A DNA stretch of 64,000 nt from Prevotella sp. (GCA_017548525.1 JAFYZV010000230.1:2981-66980); one strand, 5' to 3'; counted from the stretch's first letter, positions 20,393-30,940 are shown. The notes: generated by a model not told the origin, from the sequence alone. Numbers and translations are program-made.

Positions 20393-22201
20393 CTACCATT
20401 TACTTACATTCTGAATAACAGAAGGTATCTTGGTGAAGATAGCTCGTAAGCGTTCAGCATCAAATTTGGGTTTTCTATCATAACGATAGATTCCGTTTTT
20501 CTCCTGTTCCACATCCGTTATTTGCGTATAGCAGAATCCCGTAATACGTGGGCATGCAATGATAGCATCTATCTCACGTTCCAGAATCCCATAAAAATCC
20601 TCCATCGAATCAATATTGCTTCCATATCCCCATGATGTTGCACGTTCCTCTTCAGGAATCCACGGTAATCCGCCAAACTCATCCAACATATAGGGTTGTC
20701 CCTCATATACCGCTAAGAATTTCTTATCAGGTTGGTTGCGATAGACGGGCATTCCATCTACGAATGTATGGTTCTTCACCAATTTATCAGGGTTACGTTC
20801 GTAGTCGTGAACACTCCAAATATCCGTCTTCACATGCGCATCACCACTTGCATCGTTGATAGGACGAGTGGGGTCGATGGCTTTCGTCACATCATATACA
20901 TCACGCATCATCCGTTGATAGACACCTTCCCGACAATTCCATGTCTCGTTGAATGGTGTCCAAGTAACAATGCTGGGATGATTACGGTCACGAACAAGCA
21001 ACTCAACCCATTCCGAGATGAAATTCCGAGCGGCCACATCGTTGTTGACATCAAGTCCCCAACTGGCTTGTTCGCCCCATGTAAGATAGCCCAAACGGTC
21101 TGCCCAATAGTAGTAACGCTCTTCAAATGCCTTCTGATGCAGACGGGCACCATTGAAACCCACGGCCTTACTCAATTCAATATCACGTCGTAAAGACTCG
21201 TCAGAAGGTGCTGTCCATATTCCATCTGGATAGAAACCTTGGTCGAGAACCAACCGTTGGAAATAGGGTTGGTTGTTCAAGTAGAAATAACCATTCTGTG
21301 TATGAACCTTACGCATTCCTACATACGATCGCACTTGATCAATCACTTTCCCGTTCTTGTCTCTAACCGTATAAGAAAGGTCATAGAGGAAAGGATTATC
21401 AGGACTCCACAACTTCTGTTTCTTCACGGGAAGCACCACGTTGCTACCATTGCAAGCGGGAACGGAAGATTTAGCCACCAAACGCTTGCCATCAAACAAC
21501 TCCACGGTGAGGGTTCCTTCATGATTCTCATGATAGAACTCTGGACGAATAACAAGTTGCCATTGGTCAATGTCAGGAATGGCGAAGACCGTCTTTAATG
21601 CTTGGGGAGATACAGGTTCCATCCAAACCGTTTGCCAAATACCCGTCGTGCGAGTGTACATACATCCATAGGATTGTAATCGTTCACTCTGTTTTCCTCC
21701 TGGTTGACGACCAGAACGGAGATCATCACGCACGCGCAAAACCAAGTTAACCGTTGTTCCAGGACGGGCAAAAGAAGTAATGTCTATCTCAAACGAAGAA
21801 CCCGTTCCAAAATGAGTTTGTACGAATCGACCATCAATATAGACGCTTGCTTCATAATCCACCGCACCAAAATGGAGCAATATACGTTGTCCTTGCCATT
21901 CGGCGGGAATAGCTACTTGGCGTTGATACCAGATGCAAGGAATGAAATCCGTGAATCCAACACCAGACAAAGAACTTTCAGGGCAGAAAGGGACGAGTAT
22001 CTTCCCGTCAAATCCTTGAGCGTTTGTCCATCCTTTCTGTTCACCAGTATTGGAGAAATCAAAAGAATAGTTCCATGTACCATTCAGGTTCACCCACTCT
22101 GAACGTTCAAATTGTGGACGGGGATATTCTGGGCGCGGCATTGTTTCGGCGTAAGTCAAGGAAACAATTGCCAGTAATAGACAAATCGCAATTCCCCTCA
22201 T
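20393..22201 (-). CDS. Glycoside hydrolase family 2 (beta-galactosidase/glucuronidase-like)
   Basis: PRPEYPRPQF, LHFGAVDY, TGIWQTVW, RDRNHPSI..W..FNE and DEFGG; signal peptide from MRGIAI. Confidence 0.9.
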   Translation of the reverse strand: MRGIAICLLLAIVSLTYAETMPRPEYPRPQFERSEWVNLNGTWNYSFDFSNTGEQKGWTNAQGFDGKILVPFCPESSLSGVGFTDFIPCIWYQRQVAIPAEWQGQRILLHFGAVDYEASVYIDGRFVQTHFGTGSSFEIDITSFARPGTTVNLVLRVRDDLRSGRQPGGKQSERLQSYGCMYTRTTGIWQTVWMEPVSPQALKTVFAIPDIDQWQLVIRPEFYHENHEGTLTVELFDGKRLVAKSSVPACNGSNVVLPVKKQKLWSPDNPFLYDLSYTVRDKNGKVIDQVRSYVGMRKVHTQNGYFYLNNQPYFQRLVLDQGFYPDGIWTAPSDESLRRDIELSKAVGFNGARLHQKAFEERYYYWADRLGYLTWGEQASWGLDVNNDVAARNFISEWVELLVRDRNHPSIVTWTPFNETWNCREGVYQRMMRDVYDVTKAIDPTRPINDASGDAHVKTDIWSVHDYERNPDKLVKNHTFVDGMPVYRNQPDKKFLAVYEGQPYMLDEFGGLPWIPEEERATSWGYGSNIDSMEDFYGILEREIDAIIACPRITGFCYTQITDVEQEKNGIYRYDRKPKFDAERLRAIFTKIPSVIQNVSKW

Positions 22202-22505
22202 GCCAAAAATGGATAGTTGTCCAACACTTTCTCTATCTATAAAACGCAAACTTTGCATCAACAAAATGGTATTATTGTAAAGGTAAATAATTATCGAGTT
22301 TAATAGTTATGGGTCAGTTTATAATAGGATATGAATGAACAGGACAAAAATAACAACAAATCGCTATCCATCCAAATTTTACAAGAAAAAAATGACATTT
22401 TACGATTTTGTTGATTGTTATTTGTGATGAAACATATCCTGACAATCATTTTGTCAACATTTTTCATGCCAATTATGGTTGGCAATTGGGTAAATGCCAA
22501 TATGT

Positions 22506-24551
22506 TTATCCTTTTTTGTCCAAAATGTCTTGCAATCGGATGATTTCATCGCGATATTGCGCAGCTTGCAGAAAATCGAGTTGCTTGGCGGCTTCCTTCA
22601 TGGATTGTGTCAACATATTGATTCGCTTGCGTAGTTGTTCTATGCTCATACGCTCCTCGATGGCATCGGCAGCAAAGGCGATGTCGTCCTGGTTGGGTAG
22701 GTAAGGACCATACGAGCGTTTCAGTTCCTTCTGGTCGGGTGATAGTTGGTCTTTTGATGACTTCAACGTATTGTTGATTGCCTTGACGATTTGCTTGGGC
22801 GTGATGTGATGTTCCTCATTGTATTTCAGTTGGATGGAACGTCGGCGGTTGGTCTCGTCGATGGTTTTCTGCATACTTTCCGTGATGGTGTCGGCATACA
22901 TGATGACCTTGCCATTAACGTTTCGGGCAGCCCTTCCTGCCGTTTGGGTTAGGCTACGGTGGCTTCGGAGAAAGCCCTCCTTGTCGGCATCGAGGATTGC
23001 CACGAGAGAAACCTCTGGTAGGTCGAGGCCTTCACGGAGGAGATTGACACCCACTAAGACATCAAACTCTCCTATCCTCAACCCACTCATGATCTTCACG
23101 CGGTCGAGTGTTGCCACATCGCTATGGATGTAGTTGGCGCGTATGTCGTGATTGAGGAGATATTCGGTCAACTCCTCTGCCATGCGTTTGGTGAGTGTTG
23201 TCACCAACACTCGCTCGTCGTGTTCGCAACGGAGGATGATTTCTTCCATCAAGTCGTCTATCTGGTTCTCACTCGGACGTATAACGATTTCGGGGTCTAA
23301 TAACCCTGTGGGGCGAATCAATTGTTCCACCACCACGCCCTCGGCTTCCATCAACTCAAAGTCGGCTGGTGTGGCAGACACGTAAATCACTTGGTGAATC
23401 ATTTCGTGGAACTCCTCGAAACGCAAGGGGCGGTTGTCGAAGGCTGCGGGGAGACGGAATCCATATTCCACGAGGTTTTGTTTCCTTGCCCTATCGCCGC
23501 CGAACATCGCATTGATTTGGGGTACACTCACGTGGCTCTCGTCGATAACCATGAGATAGTCATCGGGGAAGAAGTCAAGAAGGCAATACGGTCGTTCGCC
23601 TGGTTCCCTGCCGTCGAAATAGCGCGAATAGTTCTCTATGCCCGAGCAATGTCCCAATTCCTTGATCATCTCCATATCGTATTCCACACGTTCCTTGATG
23701 CGCTGTGCCTTGATGGGGTCGCCAATTTCGTTGAAGAAGTCGATTTGTGCCACTAAGTCGTCTTATATCTTGCGGATGGCGGCATGTGTCTGCTCCTGTG
23801 TGGTGATGAAGAGGTTGGCGGGATATATTTGGTATTCACCGAAAGAGAGAAGATGGTGGTTGTCTATGGGGTCGATTTCCTCTATCTCATCTATCTCGTC
23901 ATCCCACCAGGTGATGCGCAGGGCATGTTCGCTATATGCCATGAAAACATCAACATGGTCGCCCTTAACACGGAAGTTGCCTCGTTGCATGTCTATGTCG
24001 TTGCGAACATATTGCGACTCGACGAGGCGGCGCAAGAATACATTTCGGTCAATGCGCTGCCCTTTCTTAATGGAAATGATGCTGCTCTCCATCGCCGCCG
24101 GTCCTCCCATGCCGTAGATACACGACACGGAGGAGACCACCACCACGTCTTTCCTTCCCGACAACAGTGAAGAGACAGCTGAGAGCCGTAGGCGGTCAAT
24201 GTCGTCATTGATGGCGAGATCTTTCTCAATGTAAGTATCAGTGGTGGGGATATATGCTTCTGGCTGGTAATAGTCATAGTAAGAGACATAGTATTCAATG
24301 GCATTGTTGGGGAAGAACCCCTTCATCTCCTCATACAACTGGGCGGCGAGCGTCTTGTTGTGGCTGAGAATGAGCGTGGGCTTGTTGACTTGGGCGATGA
24401 CATTGGCAATGGTGAAGGTCTTTCCTGACCCTGTAACGCCCAAGAGAACTTGTGCCTTGTCGCCTCGCAACAGTCCTGTGGTGAGTTGTCGGATGGCTTC
24501 GGGTTGGTCTCCCGTAGGCTTGAAATCGGAGGAAATCTTGAAATCAGTCAT
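22506..24551 (-). pseudogene. uvrB: Excinuclease ABC subunit B, interrupted by one in-frame TAA at 23763-23765
   Basis: [44 protein letters not shown] and C-terminal UVR domain. The reading ...[16 protein letters not shown]... stays in the same frame. Confidence 0.9.
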
Positions 24552-24646
24552 TCTGCAAAGTTAAGCATTTTGTAGATAATAACCGTTTCTTTCGTGAAAT
24601 AAACGTTATAATTTGTCCGTTATTTACCTAAAATCCTTAAAATGCC

Positions 24647-24677
24647 TTGCAAAAGAGCGGAATAATGTGTACCTTTG
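24647..24677 (+). promoter_or_regulatory. Bacteroidetes sigma-A promoter for the bamD operon
   Basis: TTG-N20-TACCTTTG; the divergent TAACTTTG at 24556-24563 serves uvrB. Confidence 0.7.
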
Positions 24678-24703
24678 CAGGGTTTTTTGTATATGGTTCA
24701 TTG

Positions 24704-25540
24704 ATGATGAAGAAAGTCTTTTCCATTGCTATATTATTTGCCTTGTTGTTTTCGAGTTGCGCCCATGAGTTCAACCAAGTTTACAAGTCAGGCGATTACT
24801 CTTACAAATATGAATATGCCAAGGAATGTTACGCACGGGGCAAATATATACGTTGCACCTCCCTTTTGCAGGAGTTGGTGACGATGATGAAGGGAACGGA
24901 CAATGGCGAGGAGTGCCTCTTCATGCTTGCCATGGCGGAATACAAGGCAAAGGACTATGAGACGGCAGCTGAGTATTTCAAGAAGTATAGCACGTCATAC
25001 CCCCGTGGCGAATATGGTGAGTTGGCAAAATTCTATGTAGGCGAAAGCCTGTACATGGGTACACCAGAACCCCGCTTGGACCAAACCCCCACGGTGTCGG
25101 CCATCACTGCCTATCAGGCATTTCTTGATATGTTTCCTGATTCGGAGCTAAAGCCCTTGGCGCAAGAACATTTGTTTGAGTTGCAAGATAAACTGGTGCA
25201 GAAAGAATTGCTCTCCGCACAGCTCTATTACAATTTAGGGACCTATTTCGGCAACTGCAACGACAATGGCGAGAGCAACTTCCTGTCGTGTATCATTACG
25301 GCTCAAAATGCGTTGAAGGACTATCCCTATTCCTCCATGCGTGAGAGTTTCGCCCTCTTGGTGATGAAAAGCAAGTATGAGTTGGCACAGAACAGCGTGG
25401 AGGCGAAACGTTTGGAACGTTACCAGGATGCTGAAGATGAGTGTTATGGATTCATCAATGAATATCCTGACTCCAAGTATGTGGCGATGGCGGAGAAATA
25501 TATCACACGTTGTAAGCAATTCACGAAAGAAGAACAATAA
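24704..25540 (+). CDS. bamD: Outer membrane protein assembly factor BamD
   Basis: Lipobox FSSC, TPR-like repeats and RLDQTPT motif; precedes rpoZ as in other Bacteroidales. Confidence 0.9.
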   Translation: MMKKVFSIAILFALLFSSCAHEFNQVYKSGDYSYKYEYAKECYARGKYIRCTSLLQELVTMMKGTDNGEECLFMLAMAEYKAKDYETAAEYFKKYSTSYPRGEYGELAKFYVGESLYMGTPEPRLDQTPTVSAITAYQAFLDMFPDSELKPLAQEHLFELQDKLVQKELLSAQLYYNLGTYFGNCNDNGESNFLSCIITAQNALKDYPYSSMRESFALLVMKSKYELAQNSVEAKRLERYQDAEDECYGFINEYPDSKYVAMAEKYITRCKQFTKEEQ

Positions 25541-25564
25541 TGACATGAATTAAATTAATATGAT

Positions 25565-25906
25565 ATGGATTACAAGAAATCGAAAGCTTCAGTAAACACG
25601 GTGACGCGCAATGTCATGGACTTGTGCGAGGAGACGGGCAACATCTATGAGACTGTTGCCATCATTGGTAAGCGAGCCAACCAAATATCCATGGAGATTA
25701 AACAGGACTTGACGAAGAAACTTGCCGAGTTTGCCTCATACAACGATTCTTTGGAGGAGGTGTATGAAAACCGCGAACAAATCGAGATCTCACGTTATTA
25801 CGAAAAATTGCCCAAACCCACGCTGATGGCAACAGAGGAGTTTATATTGGGCAACATCTATTACCGTGATCCCTCAAAGGATCCGAAGGACCCGATAGAT
25901 TTATAA
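25565..25906 (+). CDS. rpoZ: RNA polymerase omega subunit
   Basis: TGNIYETVAIIGKRANQI and NREQIEISRYYEKLPKPTL (Bacteroidetes omega). Confidence 0.9.
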   Translation: MDYKKSKASVNTVTRNVMDLCEETGNIYETVAIIGKRANQISMEIKQDLTKKLAEFASYNDSLEEVYENREQIEISRYYEKLPKPTLMATEEFILGNIYYRDPSKDPKDPIDL

Positions 25907-25908
25907 TC

Positions 25909-26364
25909 ATGTGGCAACGTAAACAAACAGTATTCCTCGTCTGTGCGCTTGTCTTTACGGCAGTGTGCTTGAGTTTACCCTTGCTTGACGTGGAACCCAA
26001 GGAGATGGGGGTAAATGCAGTATTGTATAACCTCGTTTATATCGATGGTGATGGTATGGTACATTATGGGAAAGCGTTGCTCTTCGCCTTTCTCTTGGTC
26101 ACTTGCCCGTTGAACCTCTTTGCCATCTTTATGTTCAAGAACCGCAAGTTACAGGCAAGTCTCTGCACTTGGTGCATGATTTTAAACCTTGCTTGGTATG
26201 TTTATCTTGCATTTTGCGTCATCAATGAGTTTATGTTGGCAGGAACACCCCATTTCCGTTTTGCCGTATGTTTCCCCTTGATAGCCATCGTCTTTTATTT
26301 TATGGCAAGACGAGGAATCATGGCAGATGAGAAGTTGGTGCGGTCGATGGATCGGATTAGATGA
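25909..26364 (+). CDS. DUF4293 family membrane protein
   Basis: MWQRKQT N-terminus, IFMFKNRKLQ, four hydrophobic segments and DEKLVRSMDRIR C-terminus. Confidence 0.85.
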   Translation: MWQRKQTVFLVCALVFTAVCLSLPLLDVEPKEMGVNAVLYNLVYIDGDGMVHYGKALLFAFLLVTCPLNLFAIFMFKNRKLQASLCTWCMILNLAWYVYLAFCVINEFMLAGTPHFRFAVCFPLIAIVFYFMARRGIMADEKLVRSMDRIR

Positions 26365-26384
26365 ATTTATTAGGATTGCATAAT

Positions 26385-26421
26385 GAAAAAGGCTGATTGG
26401 ATTTTCCAAACAGCCTTTTTC
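26385..26421. terminator. Bidirectional terminator
   Basis: gaaaaaggctg...cagcctttttc between convergent genes. Confidence 0.8.
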
Positions 26422-26445
26422 TATGGAATAAGTAATAGTTTCAAA

Positions 26446-27108
26446 TTAGAGACCTAAGCCCTTCTTGACAGCGTCAGCACCTTTGTCAACAGCATCGGCA
26501 GCTTTGTCCTTGGCATCCTGAACAGCGTCAGCAGCCTTTTCTTTCACATCCTGAACAGCGTCAGCGGCAGCGTCTTTCACAGCATCAGCAGCGTCGCCAA
26601 CAGCTTCCTTAGCATTGTCGATGGCACCCTCAACGGCACTTTCTGCTGCGTTGGTCACCAAACTCTTGGTGTCAATGCCCAATGCGCCGAGAGCCTCAGA
26701 TGCGCCTAAAAGTGTCTGTACAGACTCTGTTGGAATGTTGGTGATGTTGGAAACCAGTCCGCTAATGACGGCATTGGAACCTACAACAGCCTTGATAGTC
26801 TCAGCATTGTCCTTCAAGAAAGACTGCACCTTGGTCAGGTAGCCTAATGCCACTTCAGGATTCTTGCCAATGAAATCGGCAATCTTATCCTTTACAGTCT
26901 CCAACAAACCTTGGATGGAGGGCAGGTCTTTCGACTCCAAGAGACCAGCGAAGTTGCTTGTGAACTCCTCTGCTGCGGTGTTTGCTTCCTCTGTGAGGAC
27001 AGCCAATGTGTCAATAGCCTCCTCTACGGGGGCAGCGTTCTTGTTACCAGTGCAGCTCGTGATGGTGATGGCGGCTGCGGCAATTGCCATCATAAAGATT
27101 TTCTTCAT
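26446..27108 (-). CDS. Lipoprotein with C-terminal 11-residue Ala/Asp/Lys repeats
   Basis: MKKIFMMAIAAAAITITSC lipobox; KDAAADAVQDV/KEKAADAVQDA/KDKAADAVDKG repeats. Confidence 0.8.
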   Translation of the reverse strand: MKKIFMMAIAAAAITITSCTGNKNAAPVEEAIDTLAVLTEEANTAAEEFTSNFAGLLESKDLPSIQGLLETVKDKIADFIGKNPEVALGYLTKVQSFLKDNAETIKAVVGSNAVISGLVSNITNIPTESVQTLLGASEALGALGIDTKSLVTNAAESAVEGAIDNAKEAVGDAADAVKDAAADAVQDVKEKAADAVQDAKDKAADAVDKGADAVKKGLGL

Positions 27109-27224
27109 ACTTTCTTTTTGTTTTAAGTTAATGAATAAATTAGTAACCATTTGTTTTGTAAAACACCGCAAATATAGTTTAAATTAAATATACTTGTTAC
27201 ATTTGTTTGCAACATTTAACTAAA

Positions 27225-27989
27225 TCATGATAAATCAATGATTTTATTAAACAAATTCTTGCGGAAAGTCTTTCCAACCCTCACATCTTTAATGAGATTG
27301 AAAGGAGGGAGAAAATGACATACATTGTCTACGACTTTCATCAAGTAGTCAATGTTGATAATATAACTCTGGTGAACCTGTACGAAATCTTTTGACAATG
27401 AGAGAATGTCCTTGTTATACACGCTGCGCTTCAACTTGATAGGTTTTGAAATCCCGGCAACGTTCATCATCCAGACCTTTTGCTTACTGTCATATTCAAA
27501 TAAGCCGATGTCTTTGAGCTTGACCACCAAGAAGTCCACCTGGTTGATGTAGGTCATCAAATGTCTTTCGGCATTGGCAATGGCACCGATGCTGGCTTTC
27601 CTTGTTGGGTTCCAAGATGTCTCCAACCGTCGGATGATGGTATCGAGGTTTTCGCGGTTGATGGGTTTCTGCAAGAAGTCGAAGGCGTGGTTGCGGAAAG
27701 ACTTCAGCATGTAGTCCACGTATGAGGTGTATGCCACGATGCGGCATTTCTCAAACACTTTCTCATCTAAGCTCTCAAGGAACTCGATTCCCGACATGTC
27801 GGGTAGTTCGATGTCGAGAAAGAGCAGGTCGGGATTGTGAATCATGATGGCCGCCATCCCTTCTCTTCCATCCCCGCATGTGCAGACGACATCAATGTGG
27901 TTATAGTGTGCGAGGCATTGCTTGAGGATTTTGATGTCCTCTGGGTTATCGTCCACGATGACGGTCTTTAATATTTCTTTCTTTGTCAT
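27225..27989 (-). CDS. LytTR-family response regulator
   Basis: Receiver domain (IVDD, FLDIELPDMSG, FLQKP) plus FVQVHQSYIINI LytTR motif. Confidence 0.92.
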   Translation of the reverse strand: MTKKEILKTVIVDDNPEDIKILKQCLAHYNHIDVVCTCGDGREGMAAIMIHNPDLLFLDIELPDMSGIEFLESLDEKVFEKCRIVAYTSYVDYMLKSFRNHAFDFLQKPINRENLDTIIRRLETSWNPTRKASIGAIANAERHLMTYINQVDFLVVKLKDIGLFEYDSKQKVWMMNVAGISKPIKLKRSVYNKDILSLSKDFVQVHQSYIINIDYLMKVVDNVCHFLPPFNLIKDVRVGKTFRKNLFNKIIDLS

Positions 27990-28052
27990 GATGGTATATG
28001 TTATGATAGTTGATGTCTATAGGTGGCGGCGTATCTTTTAGTTCCTCATCCT

Positions 28053-30062
28053 TCATTTTCCAAATGAGGCGGGAATGACGAGTGTAGACTTGCACCCGAT
28101 GATGTTTCCTTTCTCGTCCTCGATATTCTCGATGTCGTAGTTGATTTTCTCATGATGTACCTTGTTGTGTAACGCCATGGTGTTTCGAATCACGCGCAGT
28201 CCCGTCCCCGTACTATTGTCTTTGGAGCGGTTGCGGATGTCGAAGCCTTTGCCATTGTCTATCACATGGATAGTGGTGGCGTCGTCGGTGAATGCCACTT
28301 CTATTGTAAGCTCCTTGGGGCGGTCCAGTTCCCGAAGACCATGCTTGATGGCGTTCTCCGCGAGGATTTGGATGAATGTGGAGGGTATGCGACGGCTTTC
28401 TTGCAACTCACCCTCGGGTATATGGATGTGATAAGTAAAGCTATCACCCATTGTAGCAGTTGCCACCTCGATATATTGTCTTGTAAATTTCAGTTCCTCT
28501 TGCAGGGTAGTATATTTCTGCTTGGAGGCATTTATCCCGTCATGCATCAGCTTGATGACGCTGTTGATGGTCTTCTGCGAGTCTTGAGGTATGCCTGACA
28601 GGGCGTGTTGCAGCACATTGAACGTGAAATGAGGTGAAATGATGTTCCGCGTATTGTCAATCTTCAGGTTAGCTATTTCTATCTCGCTCTCCTTTCTTTT
28701 CTTGTTTTGGTATAGGTATAATGCCAATAACACCAATGCCACCAAGAGGATGCCGCCCACAATGAGGACGAACAGGAGGCGGTTGTGTTCCATCTCGGCA
28801 TCCTTCTCCTTCATCCGCAGTTGGTTGTGGAGGGCAAGGGTGTCCATGGCGAGGCGCATCATGATGTCGGACGAGCGCATATACTCACGGCTCTTGTCGA
28901 TGCTGTCCTTGCGGGTGAGGGTCAATTGCTCATAATAGTCAGCACGTTGTTTGTTGCCCACGCTGGCATAATAGTCATGGAGGTAACGGTTGCGAATGTC
29001 AATCATGTTCTCGTCTTGGGTCAATCCTTCAGGCTCTTGGGCGAGGATGCTGCTGATTTGGCTTACGTTGCCCGTCTTCAGGATGTTGCCGATGCGGATG
29101 GTGTTGGCATAATAGATGCAGTCGCCCACATTATATTTGCGGAAGAAATTATCGGCGGACTCAAGGCATTTCATGGACTCCTTGTTTTTACCGAGATTTA
29201 AATATACGTCGGCCATGTTCAAGCGACAGAGATAATCTTCAAATCCACCTTCCAACCTGTATGATTTAATAAGGCTGTCGAGACATAGGAACACGGAGAG
29301 TGCTTTGTCAAAATCTCTTTTATAGTATTGTAGGTTGCCATAGTTGTTGAGGTAAGTCAACTTCATGTTGGCTTGCATGTCGTTGAATCCTTCCTTAGCC
29401 TTGGCATAATAATTTTCAGAAAGATCAAAGTCTTCTAATTGGCAATAGATTCCTCCTAAGCCCATGTAGAAGGAATAATTCTCTTCCTTGGGTAGGTTTA
29501 GCGAATCGCTGATGACCAAGGCGCGACGATACCATGCTGCAGCTTCGGGCAAAAGGCTCTTTTGGATGTACATGTCGCCGATGTTGGCACAGATGCTCGG
29601 CACATTGTGGGACATGTCACTCTCCGCGAACAGTTGATATGCTGCACGGTTGGCTTCCAATGCCTTGTCATGGTTGGTGTGGTAGAGATGAAAATAGTTT
29701 GCACGAAGGTTATAAGCTTCAGCCAACAAACCCTTTGTGCGAGGCGTGGAGGGTTGGCTTTTACCGAAATGAATAAGGCGGTCGCTCACATTGAGAACAG
29801 AGTCGGGTTGTTCCAAAATATAGAGATGACCCAATTCTATCAAATAATCATAATAGGTAAGACTATCCTTGGCGTTTACCAAGGCTGAATCAACCATCGC
29901 ACGAGCGTGGGGAGACTGTGCGTCAACGGAGTCGCTGACGGTCTTTAGGCGTACAACCTCCGCTTCCGACCGCTCGTTGCCCAATGATGTTCCCTTGTGG
30001 CATGATGCCAATAGGGAGGTCAATGCCATCAAGATGAGTGTTAGCTTTGTTAAATGTCTCAT
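28053..30062 (-). CDS. LytS/YehU-type sensor histidine kinase with an extracytoplasmic TPR region
   Basis: TPR helices, one TM segment, SPHFTFNVL H-box, ENAIKHG, DNGKG and GTGL. Confidence 0.92.
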   Translation of the reverse strand: MRHLTKLTLILMALTSLLASCHKGTSLGNERSEAEVVRLKTVSDSVDAQSPHARAMVDSALVNAKDSLTYYDYLIELGHLYILEQPDSVLNVSDRLIHFGKSQPSTPRTKGLLAEAYNLRANYFHLYHTNHDKALEANRAAYQLFAESDMSHNVPSICANIGDMYIQKSLLPEAAAWYRRALVISDSLNLPKEENYSFYMGLGGIYCQLEDFDLSENYYAKAKEGFNDMQANMKLTYLNNYGNLQYYKRDFDKALSVFLCLDSLIKSYRLEGGFEDYLCRLNMADVYLNLGKNKESMKCLESADNFFRKYNVGDCIYYANTIRIGNILKTGNVSQISSILAQEPEGLTQDENMIDIRNRYLHDYYASVGNKQRADYYEQLTLTRKDSIDKSREYMRSSDIMMRLAMDTLALHNQLRMKEKDAEMEHNRLLFVLIVGGILLVALVLLALYLYQNKKRKESEIEIANLKIDNTRNIISPHFTFNVLQHALSGIPQDSQKTINSVIKLMHDGINASKQKYTTLQEELKFTRQYIEVATATMGDSFTYHIHIPEGELQESRRIPSTFIQILAENAIKHGLRELDRPKELTIEVAFTDDATTIHVIDNGKGFDIRNRSKDNSTGTGLRVIRNTMALHNKVHHEKINYDIENIEDEKGNIIGCKSTLVIPASFGK

Positions 30063-30140
30063 ATTCCGTTACTTCTTTACGTGATGCAAGTGTCTTTCCA
30101 CCATGCCATCCACCATTTCAGCAATTGTTGATTCGCTCTG

Positions 30141-30242
30141 CAAAGATAAGCGAAAAGTGGCTTATTTGCAAATGGCATTACCCCATTATGAGGGCAAATG
30201 GCTTGTGTCTGTGGTTATTTGATGAATATTCGTGTTCGTTTG
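30141..30242 (-). promoter_or_regulatory. Promoter of the two-component operon with three upstream direct-repeat boxes
   Basis: TTTG-N20-TATCTTTG; boxes (plus-strand text) gagggcaaatg 30190, gtggttatttg 30211 and gtgttcgtttg 30232. Confidence 0.7.
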
Positions 30243-30479
30243 GTCGAAAATTTTACTATCGGTTATGAGTTGAAATAGATTATTGTTCGTTAGAGAGGCA
30301 TCTTTTATAGCCTATTTTCAATTATCATTGAAGTTATATTTCTGTCAACAAAGATACACATTTTTTATATATAAGAGTAGGGTTGGCGAAAAATTCTTTC
30401 CGACAACCCCGATTTTCTTTCTTCACTCGATGAAAACACATGCTCGTTTCTTGGGGGAAAGGTATCTTGTAACATACAG

Positions 30480-30516
30480 AAAAGCAATCGACCAAATTAT
30501 TAGGTCGATTGCTTTT
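30480..30516 (-). terminator. Terminator of the 30553-35511 operon
   Basis: Perfect arms aaaagcaatcgacc / ggtcgattgctttt. Confidence 0.85.
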
Positions 30517-30552
30517 GTTGTTATTGTTATTGAAAACTATCACCAAGGTTTG

Positions 30553-30930
30553 TTAGTAAGAATAACCACCCCTACCATTGCAACCAACACAAATTGCATT
30601 GCCGTGGCAAATGCCACATGGTCTCTTGAGTTTCTTGTTTACACCAGTACCTTCGCAATATTTACATCTGCCGCTGCCATTGCATGAGTGACAGTTCTTC
30701 CATTTCTTTTGCTGGGTGGTAGACGTGGTGCTGCTTGAAGTGGCAGTAGTGTAAACGGCAGCATTGGAGATATCTACTCCTGAATTTGCCGTATTGTAAC
30801 TGCTTGAGGTGTCATAGAGACCGCCGTAACTGGCAGTGGCTACATTCTGCATCGCTTGTAGCACGGTATCACATGATGACAAAGAAAGACATGAGATGAT
30901 GGCCAAAAGGAAATAGATAAACCTTTTCAT
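30553..30930 (-). CDS. Small lipoprotein with Ser/Thr linker and C-terminal DnaJ-type CxxCxGxG zinc finger
   Basis: MKRFIYFLLAIISCLSLSSC; CHSCNGSGRCKYCEGTG...CGICHGNAICVGCNGRG. Confidence 0.75.
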   Translation of the reverse strand: MKRFIYFLLAIISCLSLSSCDTVLQAMQNVATASYGGLYDTSSSYNTANSGVDISNAAVYTTATSSSTTSTTQQKKWKNCHSCNGSGRCKYCEGTGVNKKLKRPCGICHGNAICVGCNGRGGYSY

Positions 30931-30940
30931 GAGCAGGTTT

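Noticed and set aside
22506-23753. Treating the two uvrB ORFs as separate genes or as a programmed frameshift
   Set aside because: Both are in the same frame, separated by a single stop codon; there is no frameshift and no intervening element.
24605-24615. Partial regulon box (gttataatttg) 49 bp from the uvrB promoter
   Set aside because: It lacks the GTGG core and has no second or third repeat; probably chance in AT-rich DNA.
30590-30625. CGICH as a c-type haem-binding motif
   Set aside because: It is one of four CxxC pairs in a DnaJ-like finger pattern, so zinc-finger context explains it better.
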